Positions 44,771-63,928 of a stretch of 64,000 nucleotides of DNA are shown here, piece by piece. Source of the stretch: Eledone cirrhosa. Its lineage: Eukaryota. Each line of letters opens with the position of its first letter. The first letter of the stretch is position 1. The translations under genes were made by a program, and so were the position numbers. The stretch is from NCBI GenBank assembly GCA_964016885.1, contig OZ024741.1, positions 64,852,001 to 64,916,000 on the forward strand, written 5' to 3'. The notes under the pieces were generated by a model. That model made no database searches and was not told the origin of the DNA. It saw only the letters and a list, made by a program, of their open reading frames with translations.

Positions 44771-44921
44771 GGATAAACTGGATAAAATCAGAAAAATTGA
44801 AGTATTTATATTAGTAAAAGAGGAAGGAACAGAGGGGATAGAATATGACAGATGGTAAAATAATTTACTGCTAAACAAGTATATAATGGGTTTTTAATGA
44901 GAATACCATGAGTAAAACATA

Positions 44922-44953
<32 letters not shown>

Positions 44954-45004
44954 CATATATATACATATATACATATATATATATACATATATATACATAT
45001 ATAC

Positions 45005-45041
<37 letters not shown>

Positions 45042-45082
45042 CATATATACATATATATATATACATATATATACATATATAC

Positions 45083-45179
<97 letters not shown>

Positions 45180-45221
45180 CATACATATATATATATACAT
45201 ACATATATATAATATACATAC

Positions 45222-45348
<127 letters not shown>

Positions 45349-45385
45349 CATATACATATATATATATACATATATATATATACAC

Positions 45386-45416
<31 letters not shown>

Positions 45417-45427
45417 CATATATATAC

Positions 45428-45458
<31 letters not shown>

Positions 45459-45516
45459 CATATATATATATACATATATATATATATACATATATATATA
45501 CATATATATACATACA

Positions 45517-45554
<38 letters not shown>

Positions 45555-45555
45555 C

Positions 45556-45588
<33 letters not shown>

Positions 45589-45610
45589 CATATATATACA
45601 TATATATATG

Positions 45611-45654
<44 letters not shown>

Positions 45655-45680
45655 TATACATATATATATGTATATATATG

Positions 45681-48102
<2,422 letters not shown>

Positions 48103-48113
48103 CATATATATAC

Positions 48114-48192
<79 letters not shown>

Positions 48193-48225
48193 CATATATA
48201 TATATACATATACATATACATATAC

Positions 48226-48372
<147 letters not shown>

Positions 48373-48381
48373 TATATATAT

Positions 48382-48453
<72 letters not shown>

Positions 48454-48659
48454 CATATATACATACATATATATACATATATACATATATATATATGTAT
48501 ACATACATACATATATATATGTATACATACATACATATATATATATATACATACATATATATATATACATACATATATATATATATACATATATATACAT
48601 ACATGTATATATACATATATATACATACATACATATATATATAATATATATATATATAT

Positions 48660-48698
<39 letters not shown>

Positions 48699-48869
48699 CA
48701 TATATATATATATATACATACATACATATATATACATATATATATATACATACATACATATACATATACATATATATATATACATACATACATATATATA
48801 TATACATATATATATATACATACATACATATATATATACATATATATATATACATACATACATATATAT

Positions 48870-48990
<121 letters not shown>

Positions 48991-48996
48991 CATACA

Positions 48997-49036
<40 letters not shown>

Positions 49037-49042
49037 CATACA

Positions 49043-49084
<42 letters not shown>

Positions 49085-49156
49085 CATATATATACATATA
49101 TATACCATATATATACGTATATATATATACATATATATATATACCATATATATACA

Positions 49157-49190
<34 letters not shown>

Positions 49191-49268
49191 CCATATATAT
49201 ACATATATATAGATATATATATACCATATATATACATACATATATGTATATATATATATATATACATA

Positions 49269-49455
49269 TCCTAGCGTCCCCCTTATATATGTGTCCCAAT
49301 GATTTTTTTAGCCGTTGCTCACACCAACCTGAGGTATATGGCCTTTAATGCGACGAAATGCCTACGACGGTTGGAAGGCTACTGATGAGGACAAACTTTT
49401 TCATATGTAACCCATTTGCAGCGCCGCAGCTCCATTATTATCATATTTATACATA
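49269..49455 (+). mobile_element. Diverged family F terminal repeat
   Basis: Aligns with ~32443-32620. Confidence 0.8.
49324..49389 (+). ncRNA. Scrambled-order hammerhead + k-turn candidate (diverged copy 3)
   Basis: CCAACC T GA GGTAT A TGGCCTT TAATGCGAC GAA ATGCC TAC GA C GGTTGG AAGGCTA CTGATGA G. Confidence 0.62.
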
Positions 49456-49473
49456 TATATATTTATACATATA

Positions 49474-49542
<69 letters not shown>

Positions 49543-49544
49543 AC

Positions 49545-49610
<66 letters not shown>

Positions 49611-49612
49611 AC

Positions 49613-49793
<181 letters not shown>

Positions 49794-49850
49794 CATATAT
49801 ACATATATATATATACATATATATACATATATATATATATACATATATAC

Positions 49851-49943
<93 letters not shown>

Positions 49944-49948
49944 CATAC

Positions 49949-49999
<51 letters not shown>

Positions 50000-50278
50000 C
50001 ATACATATATATATACATATATATATATACATATATATATATATACATATATACATATATATATATACATATATATACATATATATATATACATATATAT
50101 ACATATATATATATATACATATATATATATACATATATATACATATACATATATATACATATATATACATATATACATATACATATATATACATATATAT
50201 ATATATACATATATACATATACATATATATACATATATATATATATACATATATACATATATATATATACATATATAC

Positions 50279-50417
<139 letters not shown>

Positions 50418-50448
50418 CATACATATATATATACATATATATATATAG

Positions 50449-50529
<81 letters not shown>

Positions 50530-50577
50530 TAATACATACATATATATATATATATATATACATATATATATACATAC

Positions 50578-50623
<46 letters not shown>

Positions 50624-50751
50624 ATATACATATACATATATATATATACATATATATATATACATATACATATATATATATACATATACATATATATATA
50701 CATATATATATACATATATATATATATATACATATATACATATATATATAC

Positions 50752-50803
<52 letters not shown>

Positions 50804-51046
50804 ATATACATATACATATATATATATACATATATATATATACATATATATATATACATATACATATATATATATACATATACATATATATATACATATA
50901 TATATACATATTATATATATATATACATATATACATATATATATACATATATATATATATACATATATACATATATATATACATATATATATACATATAT
51001 ACATATATATATATACATATATATATATATACATATATATATATAC

Positions 51047-51131
<85 letters not shown>

Positions 51132-51132
51132 C

Positions 51133-51213
<81 letters not shown>

Positions 51214-51254
51214 CATATATATATATACATATATATATATATACATATATATAC

Positions 51255-51303
<49 letters not shown>

Positions 51304-51318
51304 CATATATATATATAC

Positions 51319-51349
<31 letters not shown>

Positions 51350-51408
51350 CATATATATATATACATATATACATATACATATATATATATACATATATAC
51401 ATATATAC

Positions 51409-51443
<35 letters not shown>

Positions 51444-51502
51444 CATATATACATATATATACATATATACATATACATATATACATATATACATATATAT
51501 AA

Positions 51503-51561
<59 letters not shown>

Positions 51562-51760
51562 TATATACATATATATATATATACATATATATATATACAT
51601 ATATATATATACATATATATATATATACATATATATATACATATATATATACATATATATATATACATATATATATATATACATATATACATATATATAT
51701 ACATATATACATATATATATACATATATACATATATATATATACATATATATATATATAC

Positions 51761-51791
<31 letters not shown>

Positions 51792-52206
51792 CATATATAC
51801 ATATATATATACATATATACATATATATATACATATATACATATATATATACATATATATATATATACATATATGTATATATATATACATATATACATAC
51901 ATATATACATATATATATACATATATACATATATATATACATATATATATATATACATATATGTATATATATATACATATATACATATATATATACATAT
52001 ATACATATATATATACATATATATATATATACATATATGTATATATATATACATATATACATATATATATACATATATACATATATACATATATATATAC
52101 ATATATACATATATACATATATATATACATATATATGTATATATATATACATATATACATATATACATATATATATACATATATACATATATACATATAT
52201 ATATAC

Positions 52207-52239
<33 letters not shown>

Positions 52240-52280
52240 CATATATACATATATATATACATATATACATATATATATAC

Positions 52281-52337
<57 letters not shown>

Positions 52338-52386
52338 CATATATACATATATATATACATATATACATATATACATATATATATAC

Positions 52387-52423
<37 letters not shown>

Positions 52424-52431
52424 CATATATG

Positions 52432-52467
<36 letters not shown>

Positions 52468-52471
52468 CATT

Positions 52472-52545
<74 letters not shown>

Positions 52546-52568
52546 CACATATATATATATATATATAT

Positions 52569-52609
<41 letters not shown>

Positions 52610-52622
52610 TATATATATATAT

Positions 52623-52667
<45 letters not shown>

Positions 52668-52692
52668 TATATATATATATATACATATATAT

Positions 52693-53300
52693 GGCGGCTG
52701 CCAACTCGTTTTCGAGTACGGCCATTACTTTATATCCATGTAGGAGAACCCCTACCGATGCGCTGAACGAGTGTGACTTTTTAGTCCAGCCAGCGACTTG
52801 AAAACTCTGGTACAAACACTACACTTGTGACAATTATTGACACATAGTGCTGGGCCCATGGTACCATGTGACGACAAGTGCAGAGAGATCTCCAGATATA
52901 AAGCAATGCCTGTGCCGTGAAGCTTTTATAGTGAGCAAAGGCACTGCACAAAGCCAGTCCCACTCTCTTAACCAAGATAATATTTACCAAAAAGATGAAC
53001 AAGTCAACATCATTGGATACCATCAGGGTTGCAGGTGTTATATCAGAGTTTTCCTTCTCCTAGAATTCTGCCTTGACAAAGGCTAAGGGGTCATTTCTCC
53101 CAGTGATTTTGGATGGCCATTGACTTTAAAGAGCTCCTTTGCCCTTTGACAGGTTTTGTTTTTAGTCCTGCAGGATGTCCAAAGTCACCCTCCTCGCCAA
53201 GAAACCTTGGTGGGGTTGCCAGTTTAGTCGCCAACGACCCGACCATGGACAGGTTGTACTGGGATACATGTTACCAGTAGCACCAACTGGTGACCTGACA
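52693..53300. mobile_element. Unclassified structured insert, possibly RTE UTR-derived
   Basis: GC-richer island in TA with several hairpins. The minus strand has GGAGAAGGAAAACTCTGA, which I recall from RTE-related UTRs (unverified). Confidence 0.4.
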
Positions 53301-53367
53301 CACATATACATATATATACATATATATATATACACACATATATATATATATATATACATATATATAC

Positions 53368-53428
<61 letters not shown>

Positions 53429-53465
53429 CATATATATATACATATATATACATACATATATATAC

Positions 53466-53580
<115 letters not shown>

Positions 53581-53649
53581 CATATATCATATATATATAT
53601 ATACATATATCATATATATATATACATATATACATATATATATATCATA

Positions 53650-53711
<62 letters not shown>

Positions 53712-53810
53712 CATATATATATAAATCATATATATATATATATATATCATATATATATATATATATACATATATATCATATATATATATATATACATATA
53801 TATATAAATC

Positions 53811-53841
<31 letters not shown>

Positions 53842-53854
53842 CATATATATATAA

Positions 53855-53885
<31 letters not shown>

Positions 53886-53966
53886 CATATATATATATAT
53901 ATATATATACATATATATCATATATATATATATATATATATACATATATATCATATATATATATAC

Positions 53967-54007
<41 letters not shown>

Positions 54008-54016
54008 TCTATATAC

Positions 54017-54047
<31 letters not shown>

Positions 54048-54048
54048 C

Positions 54049-54145
<97 letters not shown>

Positions 54146-54146
<1 letters not shown>

Positions 54147-54774
54147 GAACGACAAAGCATAAAGGAATTGAGAGAGAGACTGAGCACAAGAGGAATCAAA
54201 TGCTGCGTGCAGGAGAGGCGGTTACGCTGGTATGGACATGTGATGCGTATGAAGGATGACAGCTGCATAAAAAGGTGCAGAACACTAGAAGTTGATGGAA
54301 ACCGCGGAGTGGGGAGACCCAAGATGACTTGGGATGAGGTGATAAAAGCCGACCTTACCCAACTACACCTCTCAAAGTCAATGACACACGACCGTGACTT
54401 CTGGCCGTGACTTCTGGCGTCACGCAGTAATACAGGGTACCCGACCTCCCATGGGTACATGCTGAAGCATATAAACAATATGCCCCCCCCCCCCCCTCCA
54501 CCGCAAGGTGGCCGTGGAGGTGCCACGGCAAAAAAGCACCCAGCCCACACTGTAAAGTGGACGTGTAGGCGCCACGAAAAAGCACCCAGCACTCACTGTA
54601 AATGAGGTTGGTGTTAGGAAGGGCATCCAGCTGTAGAAATCAAGCCAGATCAGTTCCTGTATGAGCAAGGCATGGTCAGCCGACCAGACACTGCCCACAA
54701 CAGGACAACCCGTCTAACCCATGCTAGCGTGGAAGAACGGACGTAAAACGGTGATGATGATGATGATGATGATG

Positions 54775-54776
<2 letters not shown>
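54146..54776 (+). mobile_element. RTE 3' fragment, second subfamily
   Basis: [19 protein letters not shown], related 3' UTR, (GAT)n tail. Confidence 0.9.
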
Positions 54777-54823
<47 letters not shown>

Positions 54824-54832
54824 CATATATAT

Positions 54833-54883
<51 letters not shown>

Positions 54884-54884
<1 letters not shown>

Positions 54885-55755
54885 CATCATCATCATCAAC
54901 GTTTAACGTCCGTGTTCCACGCTTGCATGGGTTTGGACGGGGGTAGTCCCACTTGAGGCAAGAGTGATTGTCTTGCTCGCATAGGACTGTCAGGCAGGTT
55001 TTCTACAGTTGGATGCCATTCCTAACACCAACCACATTTACAGTGTGGGTCTGGGAGGTTTTTACTGTGTTGCCTACACGGCCACATTACAGCGTGGACT
55101 GTGTGTTTTTTTTGTCGTGACACCTACACGATCTCATTTGTTTCGGCCTGGATGGCACGGCACCAACATAACTTTACATAGAACGGGGTGGTGTGGATGG
55201 GGTGGGGGTGGTGGTGGTGGGACGGGGTTTATTTTGTTAGAGATGCCTACTGGCTGGAGTAGGTTTTACTATATATTTAGGTAAGGCGGGTCTTCTCTGT
55301 TACTGAGTACCGCCAAAGGTCTCGGTCCAGTGACATTGTCTTGGAGAGGTGTAAGTGTGTGATGTCGGAGTTTATCAGCTCGTCCAGGTTTTTCTAGGTC
55401 TGCCTATTCCGTGACTACCGTCTATCTTTATTGCCCTGCACTTTGTTATACAGCTATCGACTTTCATGCGCATCACGTGTCCATACCAACGTAGCCTTCT
55501 CTTGAGTAAACAACATCTGATCCCTCTTATCTCTAATTTTTTCCTTAGTTCGTTTATGCTTTGCCGTTCACGTATATTACTGTTACACATCCAGCGGAGC
55601 ATGCAAGCTTCATTCCTCTCTAGTCTGCGTATATCCTCTGCACACAATGCCCAGGTCTCACTGCCATGCAGCATTGCTGTTCGTATGCAGGCATCGTACA
55701 ACCTGCCTTTCATTTTTAGGGAGAACCCTTTAGCAGCTAATAGTGGTATAAGCTC
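54884..55755 (-). mobile_element. RTE 3' fragment
   Basis: Reverse complement of ~16806-17683. Confidence 0.93.
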
Positions 55756-55771
55756 TCTCTCTGTCTCTATA

Positions 55772-55811
<40 letters not shown>

Positions 55812-55816
55812 CATAC

Positions 55817-55963
<147 letters not shown>

Positions 55964-55983
55964 CATATATATTGATGATGATG

Positions 55984-56024
<41 letters not shown>

Positions 56025-56042
56025 CATATATATTGATGATGA

Positions 56043-56084
<42 letters not shown>

Positions 56085-56144
56085 TATACATATATATATA
56101 TATCATATACATATATATATATATCATATACATATATCATATAC

Positions 56145-56176
<32 letters not shown>

Positions 56177-56307
56177 CAGATACATATATATATATCATAT
56201 ATATATATACATATATATATATATATCATATATATATATCATATATATATATACATATATATATACACATATATATATACACATATATATACATATATAT
56301 ATATATC

Positions 56308-56338
<31 letters not shown>

Positions 56339-56339
<1 letters not shown>

Positions 56340-56443
56340 CATCATCATCAACATCATTTAACGTCTATGTTCCACGCTTGCGTGGGTTTGGGCGGGAGTT
56401 TTCCCACTTGAGGCAAGAGTGGTTGTCTTGCTCGCATAGGACT
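56339..56443 (-). mobile_element. RTE extreme 3' fragment
   Basis: (CAT)n plus the last ~90 nt of the RTE UTR. Confidence 0.85.
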
Positions 56444-56500
56444 ACATATATATATATACATATATATATACATATATGTATATATATATATATATATACA

Positions 56501-56538
<38 letters not shown>

Positions 56539-56706
56539 TGTATATATATATATATATATACATATATGTATATATATATATATATATATACATATATGTA
56601 TATATATATATATATATACATATATGTATATATATATATATATATACATATATGTATATATATATATATATATACATATATGTATATATATATATATATA
56701 CATACA

Positions 56707-56744
<38 letters not shown>

Positions 56745-56746
56745 CA

Positions 56747-56794
<48 letters not shown>

Positions 56795-56982
56795 CATATA
56801 TGTATATATATATATATATACATATATGTATATACATATATATATACATATATGTATATATATATATATACATATATGTATATACATATATATATACATA
56901 TATGTATATATATATATATACATATATGTATATATATATATATACATATATGTATATATATATATATACATATATGTATATA

Positions 56983-57121
56983 TAGAAAGATTTGAATGGA
57001 TACAGTTTAGTTGAAAGGAATTTATTGACACGTGTTTCTATAACAGTTACATAACCTAAAACAGCTATCTACAAACTTTTAGTTATGCAGACATTCAATA
57101 TTTCAATGTTATTATTTACTG
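56983..57121 (-). mobile_element. pLTR 3' stub related to the 41481 element
   Basis: Shares TAGAAAG start and AAAGGAATTTATT..GACAnnTGTTTCT.TAACAG. Confidence 0.6.
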
Positions 57122-57512
57122 TATATATATGTATATATATATACATATATACATATATATATACATATATACATATATATATATATATACATATATACAT
57201 ATATATATACATATATATATATATACATATATACATATATATATACATATATATACATATATATACATATATATACATATATGTATATATATATACATAT
57301 ATACATATATATATATACATATATACATATATATATATACATATATACATATATATATACATATATATACATATATATACATATATACATATATATATAC
57401 ATATATACATATATATATATACATATATACATATACATATATATACATATATACATATATATATACATATACATATATATACATATATACATATATATAT
57501 ACATATATACAT

Positions 57513-57599
<87 letters not shown>

Positions 57600-57652
57600 T
57601 ACATATATATATACATATATATACATATATACATATATATATACATATATAT

Positions 57653-58106
57653 GTCAACTCTGGATGTCGGTGAGCATGTCCAGCCAACCTCAGTCTCCTC
57701 TGTGTCACTTTTGAGCTGACTTTTGGGATGCTCCCATACAGCTCTGAGTTGTTCACCCTCAGTGTATACTGATTAATGTTCAGAGCCATCCTCAGCATTC
57801 TCGTGTAGCACCCATCCACCATCTGAGTGAGTTTCTTGGTCAGTGTCCAAGTCTCAGACCCATACAGCAGCACAGACTCCACTACAGCAATGAAGAGGCA
57901 GATTTTCAGGTCTCTACGAAGGTCCGACTACCACACCGATCTCAACCTAGAAGAGGAAGACCAAGGTTAACGTATGTTGATGCCCTAAGGACAGACACTG
58001 GTCTGTTGGAGAAAGCAGGACATGGCAGCGATAATGAGGGACAGAGACCGCTGGAGAGAACTCGTCCATGGATCTCGGGAATTTTACCCGCCTTAGATAG
58101 ATAGAT
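57653..58106. mobile_element. RTE-like fragment (third family) with 5' inversion and (TAGA)n tail
   Basis: Minus 57653-~57935: [28 protein letters not shown]. Plus ~57940-58096: RRGRPRLTYVD.. then (TAGA)3. Confidence 0.85.
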
Positions 58107-58114
58107 ACATATAT

Positions 58115-58159
<45 letters not shown>

Positions 58160-58170
58160 TACATATATAA

Positions 58171-58305
58171 TGGAGGCACATGGCTTAGTGGTTAGAGCAA
58201 TCTAAGGTTGTGAGTTCAATTCTCAGACCGGGTGATGTGTTGTTTCCTTGAGCAAGACACTTTATTTCACATTGCTCCACTTTACTCAGCTGTAGAAATG
58301 AGATG
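58171..58305 (+). mobile_element. tRNA-derived SINE (5' part)
   Basis: A box TGGCTTAGTGG, B box GAGTTCAATTC, then CCTTGAGCAAGACACTT (CORE-like). Confidence 0.75.
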
Positions 58306-59994
58306 ATAGGGACATACTTACATGTTTACATTTATAATTTGCTTGCATATATGTATATGTATATACATATGTATATATGTATATGTATATATATGTATAT
58401 ATATATGTATATGTATATATATGTATATGTATATATATGTATATGTATATATATGTATATGTATGTATATGTGTATATATATATATGTATATATATGTAT
58501 GTCGACTGAAATATGGCAACTATTTACTTTAGCGATCATAGAATTTGAATCTGGAACGTAAAAGTGCATTTAGTCCTACACTTTAACCATTTCTTTCCAC
58601 TACTCTAATTAATGACGCCCCCCCCCCCCCCATTGGTACAAAGCTGCATACAATTTTATAAAAGTACGTAGTTAAAAATAAAACACACTTTGTTAATTTG
58701 TCGTGAAGAGAGGAAAATCCAACATTTCAAATACTTGTCCTTTTCCGGAGAGCAAAATATATACAAAAGCTAATGCCAGCGCTTACTAGAAAACAAATGA
58801 ACGACTATTGTTCGAAACATTGGACTTTTCATTTTCCCTATAGTAAATTAAGTTCCCTGTAATTTACTATTTACCTACGAACTTTTACGCATTAATTTTA
58901 ATTACTGTAGACCAACACGGGTGGCAAATTACAGACCCGTCAACTCTCCCTGTCCGACGGGGAGATCTCCCACCCACTCTGGGGTGGGTGAGAGATGTCT
59001 TCTCTTGTGAAAATGGATATAGCTTTCATTACGTAAAATCTCCCCATTTTGGGCTTTTAGAGGTTGGCGGGTCTGAAATTGGTCGTTATATATTCCTTGC
59101 AACATTCATTTTGACTATCTGCGCTCTCAGTTCATCCCCCGCCGAGGTCACATTGCCATTCATCGTTTCGGGATCAATACATGAAGTACCAGCCCAGGGT
59201 GGTGGATTGGAGATATGTATTTCGATACTGAACATTCCAAGTTCAAATACGGCCTCCTGTCACCGGGAAAATGGTGACCCCTATAATTAAACTACACAAG
59301 AGACCTCCTATAGGTGTGTGTTGTAACAACAATAAATGCAAATCATGGCCAGTTTCCTTGGATCTCGCTTGTTATAAGAGAGGAAGATAGTTAGTTGTCG
59401 CCGTTGTTTTTGTCCCCGTGTCAGCCATGATTGAGAATACCTCTGATTTAAAACCATGACCACACTGAAAAGTATTCAAATAGAATAACTTATTTATAAA
59501 TATTATCCACTATGTCACATGTCAAAAATAGTGTAGTTTGAGGGAGGTTTGGGTGCTATTTCCAGCAGGTGGAGCAACCAAGTAAATGCTATCATTTAAA
59601 GGACAAAGCTGACATCAGTGGATATCGGACATATTTTAACCGTCAGCTACAAATTTGGATATGAGTGATGGTGGTGATCGTAATCGGTTGAATCCATCCC
59701 TGTACTTAATTCATCGACCTCGAGGAGGGCTAGAAGGCATAATAAAAATGCAGATGAACAAAACTAATTAGTTTAGCATTTAGTCCTGCAGTGTATTGTT
59801 GTTGATGTCACTCACTCCAGCACCACCATCCTTCATAACTGGTTTGTATTAGCTAGACTATTGATTTTTCTTCTACTTTCCTATCCATTGTATAGGGCTG
59901 ATATTTGACATTTCTCTAACGGAAAGGAAAGGCAGAAAAAGAAATGAGATTTGTGTTGTTATTCAAGGTTTATATTACGATACAAAGATATATT

Positions 59995-60057
<63 letters not shown>

Positions 60058-60440
60058 AAGAGAGAATGACTATGTGATCGCCCTATCTACCAACTACCCC
60101 CCCCCCCATTCACATCTTGTATGTATGGGCGCACAACACCTCTTGGAATCATAAGGCCACCATAGGGGCATGCTTGAACAACATTGGGCATTTTAAATTT
60201 GGCGGAGACCATAAATTTCCAGGTCTGCAAAGTCGATTTCTTCCAGAGAAGGCGAAAGAGAAACCACATCTTACAATCTTTAAAAAAAAAAAAAAATAAA
60301 TAAAATAAATAGACACACCACAATGTAGTTCTAGATCAGTGGTTTCTGTGACTTCATCACCCCATTTCCTCATACTTAAGGTACGGGACACCCTTATTGT
60401 GAAAATATTTATTATTAAAGAAAAAATAATTGTTTTTACT

Positions 60441-60618
60441 TTTGGCACAAGGCCAATAATTACCCCAGTGCATTATTGGTGCCTTATTTTATCGACCCCG
60501 TAAGGAAGAAAGGCACAGTTAACCTCGGCGGGATTTGAACTCAGAACGAAAAGGGCCATAATCTATGCTACAAAGCATGGTGTCTGACGCTCTACCGATA
60601 CTGCTAATCCACCACCCT
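60441..60618 (-). mobile_element. tRNA-derived SINE
   Basis: B box GAGTTCAAATC plus the GCCTTTC..CCTT.CGGGGTCGATAAAAT core shared with 63493-63930. Confidence 0.8.
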
Positions 60619-60852
60619 AATAAAGAAAAAATACTGAGTCACTCTTTACAATAGATATTTTTTCTTCTTTACTCTTATAAGCTTTTCGATCAATACTAAC
60701 AAGCGTTGTCCTTTTACCTGTCTACGATAGCCAAATAGGTCCGACATGTCACTTTGACAAGATGGTCACCTGCTAGTAATATTTTTTTGTTTTGTTTAAA
60801 GCAGTGCATTACTGAGCCAACACATCCACTCCTGGGGTGACGGCTAAAACAA

Positions 60853-60886
<34 letters not shown>

Positions 60887-61369
60887 CTAAATAATTATAT
60901 CTTCCACATGAAAATAAAATGTTTTCGTGTGCCAGCTTGGGCATGCGTGCCACTGGTTCACCACTCCTGCCCACGTGTGTCGCAATGCTCCAGTTGGAAA
61001 TAATTGTTTTAGATGAACAAAGGGTTGAATAAAATCATAATTAACTGATCCTCCTGTATTTTCTTTTACCCAAAGTCAGAAACTTTTCAGCACCCCCTCA
61101 TAGGCATACAAAAGGATAAGACTCGTCATGCTGGAAATCTCACCCCCACTCCAAATTAGATCCTACCCCCCCCCCCCCCAAAATATATATAATGAAAAAA
61201 ATTGTTTAGACTTTTTGTACAAAGCCAACAATTTGTCCAGTAGTAAATATACTATAAACATTTGAATTATCAGAGCCCATTTTTAGATATTTTCCATAGA
61301 TTCCTTAGATGTTAAGAGTTAAAATAGTAGGACATAAGACATGATAAAGTACAGTATTATATGCTTTAC

Positions 61370-61445
61370 GATATAACATTCTGAGTTCAAATTCTATCAG
61401 ATCCACCTTGCCTTCCATCACTTCATTGTCGATAAAACTAGTAAT
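61370..61445 (+). mobile_element. Degraded SINE fragment
   Basis: TTCTGAGTTCAAATT..TTGCCTTCCATC..GTCGATAAAA. Confidence 0.55.
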
Positions 61446-62337
61446 CTGCATATTTTTCAGATGGATTCAATCACTATTACACAATCTAGGTCGACCTGTA
61501 TAACATCTGAATAATTCTGTTTGTCCATTTTTATAACAAACAAAATAGATCGTAATGTTCGTTTGTAATTAGTGTCTTAATTACTGGTACAGATTACAGT
61601 TGAGTCTACTGTAATTTATGACCCAGCAAAGACAGGGGAGATTTGCAAGCAATATAGTTTAGACAGTGGGGAAGTGAATCAATGAATAAATTGCATTATT
61701 TCTTATCCTGACAAGAGACAGATGCTTCACAATTGATCTGATCACATCTACTGGATGTTGTCGCTCGTAATTGCTCGGTGTTGTGAAAAGTTATAGTCAC
61801 TATTTGAAATATTGATTTCTTTACATTCGCCTAAAAGGACACACATTCCAAAGTTAGAGGCATAGTTTGAATGAATTGAAACCAGAAGAAAGATGGTGGA
61901 ATGATCAAATCAATCCATTGTCTTTTTTTTTTTGTCATATGAATGCCTTATCTAATGTGTTCTTCATTTTTTCAAAGAAGGTAGGGTGTAATTTGAGAGT
62001 GATTTGATTGTTATTTCTAGCACGTTGAACGACCATGTATTGGTTTCTTCATTGGTTCGACATAACTTTTTTTGTGTATGTGTGGAGGCTAATTGGAAGT
62101 TTTAACGTTCATGCCTTTTCCTAAGGATATCAAAAGAATGAAGAGAAATAAACTTATTTTAACCAGGAACCAAAACACGATTCCATACTGCACTAGCGTG
62201 GAGTTTAACTCTTGTTTTAAGTGTGGTGCCAGACTTCAAATTTTCAGGAGGATTGCGTTATGGTCGATCAAATTTATTTTAGTATATGGTTGATAAGGTG
62301 ACGGGCGTCGAGCCTCAATATTTTTTCTGGCTCACTG

Positions 62338-62420
62338 CGCTTTGAGTTCAAATCCCACCGAGGTCAACTTTGCCTTTTATCCTTTCGAGGTCGACAAATA
62401 AAATACCAGTGCAGAGCTGG
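62338..62420 (+). mobile_element. SINE fragment
   Basis: GAGTTCAAATCCCACCGAGGTCAACTTTGCCTTTTATCCTTTCGAGGTCGA. Confidence 0.75.
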
Positions 62421-62676
62421 TTCTCTTTCTCTCTCTCAGAATCGGCGGTAATCAGATCTGAAGAGGGATGGGTCCCACCAGGTTTAGAAGGCCCAAGACA
62501 AGCCGTGTGACACGACGGCGCATCTCCGACTCCATTAGGAGTTAAAGGTCTTTTACATTATATGCCTGATAATTATTTCCCCTCTCCAGATTCTCGAGCT
62601 TAGAAACTCGGAAAGTAAAAATAAAAGGGACATAGTTAAATACTGTTCCTGAAACTTGAATGCATCCTGACACATA

Positions 62677-62861
62677 CGAGTGTCGGCTGAAAAGTTCATA
62701 TGCTGACTGTGAAGGAATGATGCTAAAGCTGTGAAATCTTGCATACATTAATTTCAACTCTTCCTAATAACAGCACTTTTTTTTTCAGGGACAAAAAAAA
62801 ACTACATTTAGTCATTCCATGAGAGTATCTTAGTCAGACTGAACTTTTCAGCCAACTCTCG
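62677..62861. mobile_element. Tc1/mariner-type MITE
   Basis: 22-bp imperfect TIRs CGAGTGTCGGCTGAAAAGTTCA / TGAACTTTTCAGCCAACTCTCG, with TA on both sides. Confidence 0.8.
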
Positions 62862-63492
62862 TAGTTCTATATTTCCGCTGACTTGCGACTAGTTAAAAGG
62901 TTTAGTTCTCCTATCTTCTTCTGACTATCTCTTTGAAAGTAGCGGTAAACGATTTAAAGAAACCTTATTTCAATAAGAGACATACTGTTATATATAGTGA
63001 AGTAATTTGAGCTCCAGATTCAGCTGGTTCCGGCTGACACTACCTGAAATTAGCCTATATCGAAATACTTGTTTGGTTTATGGTCTGTGTTGAAAAAGGA
63101 GGGATGAAGCACGACGCTAGTAACGTTTTCTCCATAAATCAAAATTGTTACAGAAACGACGAGAGTCGCCCAATGCTCCACAGGGAGTAAAACGGACTTA
63201 AAGCTATTCTGACGAGCGCAGCGTGAGAAAGTAGGAACAATTTTTCAGCTAGCAGATCGTGTGTAAACAAAAAGAAAGAAAGAAATACAAAAAGATAATT
63301 GCTGGTGAACATCAATCAATAAAACAACTTTCCATATAGACACACCTATAATTTAACTGGAAACAGAGAGCTTCACTATTGATTTTCATAATTCTCTCTT
63401 CTCCTTTCCCCTCTCTCTCTCCTTTATTGTTGTATTGGACCTCGGTTTGACATTGTTTTAACCCTTCCGTTACCATTATTTCTAATGAAATC

Positions 63493-63709
63493 AGGTTAAC
63501 GGATTGGCAGAATCAGTAGAGCGCCTGACACCATGCTTAGCGGCATAGAGCTACGGCCCTTTGCATTCTGAGTTCAAATTACGCCGAAGTTAGTTTTGCC
63601 TTTCCTCCTTACGGGGTCGATAAAATAAAGTACCAGTCATGCACTGGGGCCAATTTAATCGACTTTCCCTTCCTCCAAAACTGCTGTCTTTGTGCCTAAA
63701 ATACAAACA
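63493..63709 (+). mobile_element. tRNA-derived SINE
   Basis: A box TGGCAGAATCAG, B box GAGTTCAAATT, conserved core, 18-bp flanking direct repeat. Confidence 0.85.
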
Positions 63710-63727
63710 ATTATTTCTAATGAAATC

Positions 63728-63928
63728 AGGACGGTGGATTGACAGAATCGTTAGTGTCGGGGAAAATGCTTTGCGGCATTTATGTCCTGAGTTCAAATCC
63801 CGCCAAGGTCTACTTTGCCTTTCATCCTTTCGGGGTCGATAAAATAAAGTACCAGTCACATATTGGGGTCGGTGTAATGACCTTTTCTGTCCCCACAAAT
63901 TGTTGGCCTTGTGCCTAAATCAAAAACC
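63728..63928 (+). mobile_element. tRNA-derived SINE
   Basis: Same family and same flanking 18-bp repeat as 63493-63709. Confidence 0.85.

Larger units (their letters stand above)
41481..44917 (-). mobile_element. Near full-length PLE (Hydra-clade-like) with direct pLTRs at 41481-41800 and 44596-44917
   Basis: ~320-nt direct repeats flank RT-GIY-YIG coding pieces. Both flanks are TA. Confidence 0.93.

Noticed and set aside
53185-53245. HDV-like ribozyme around CCCTCCTCG
   Set aside because: No P3/P1 return strands follow; the segment forms a simple hairpin instead.
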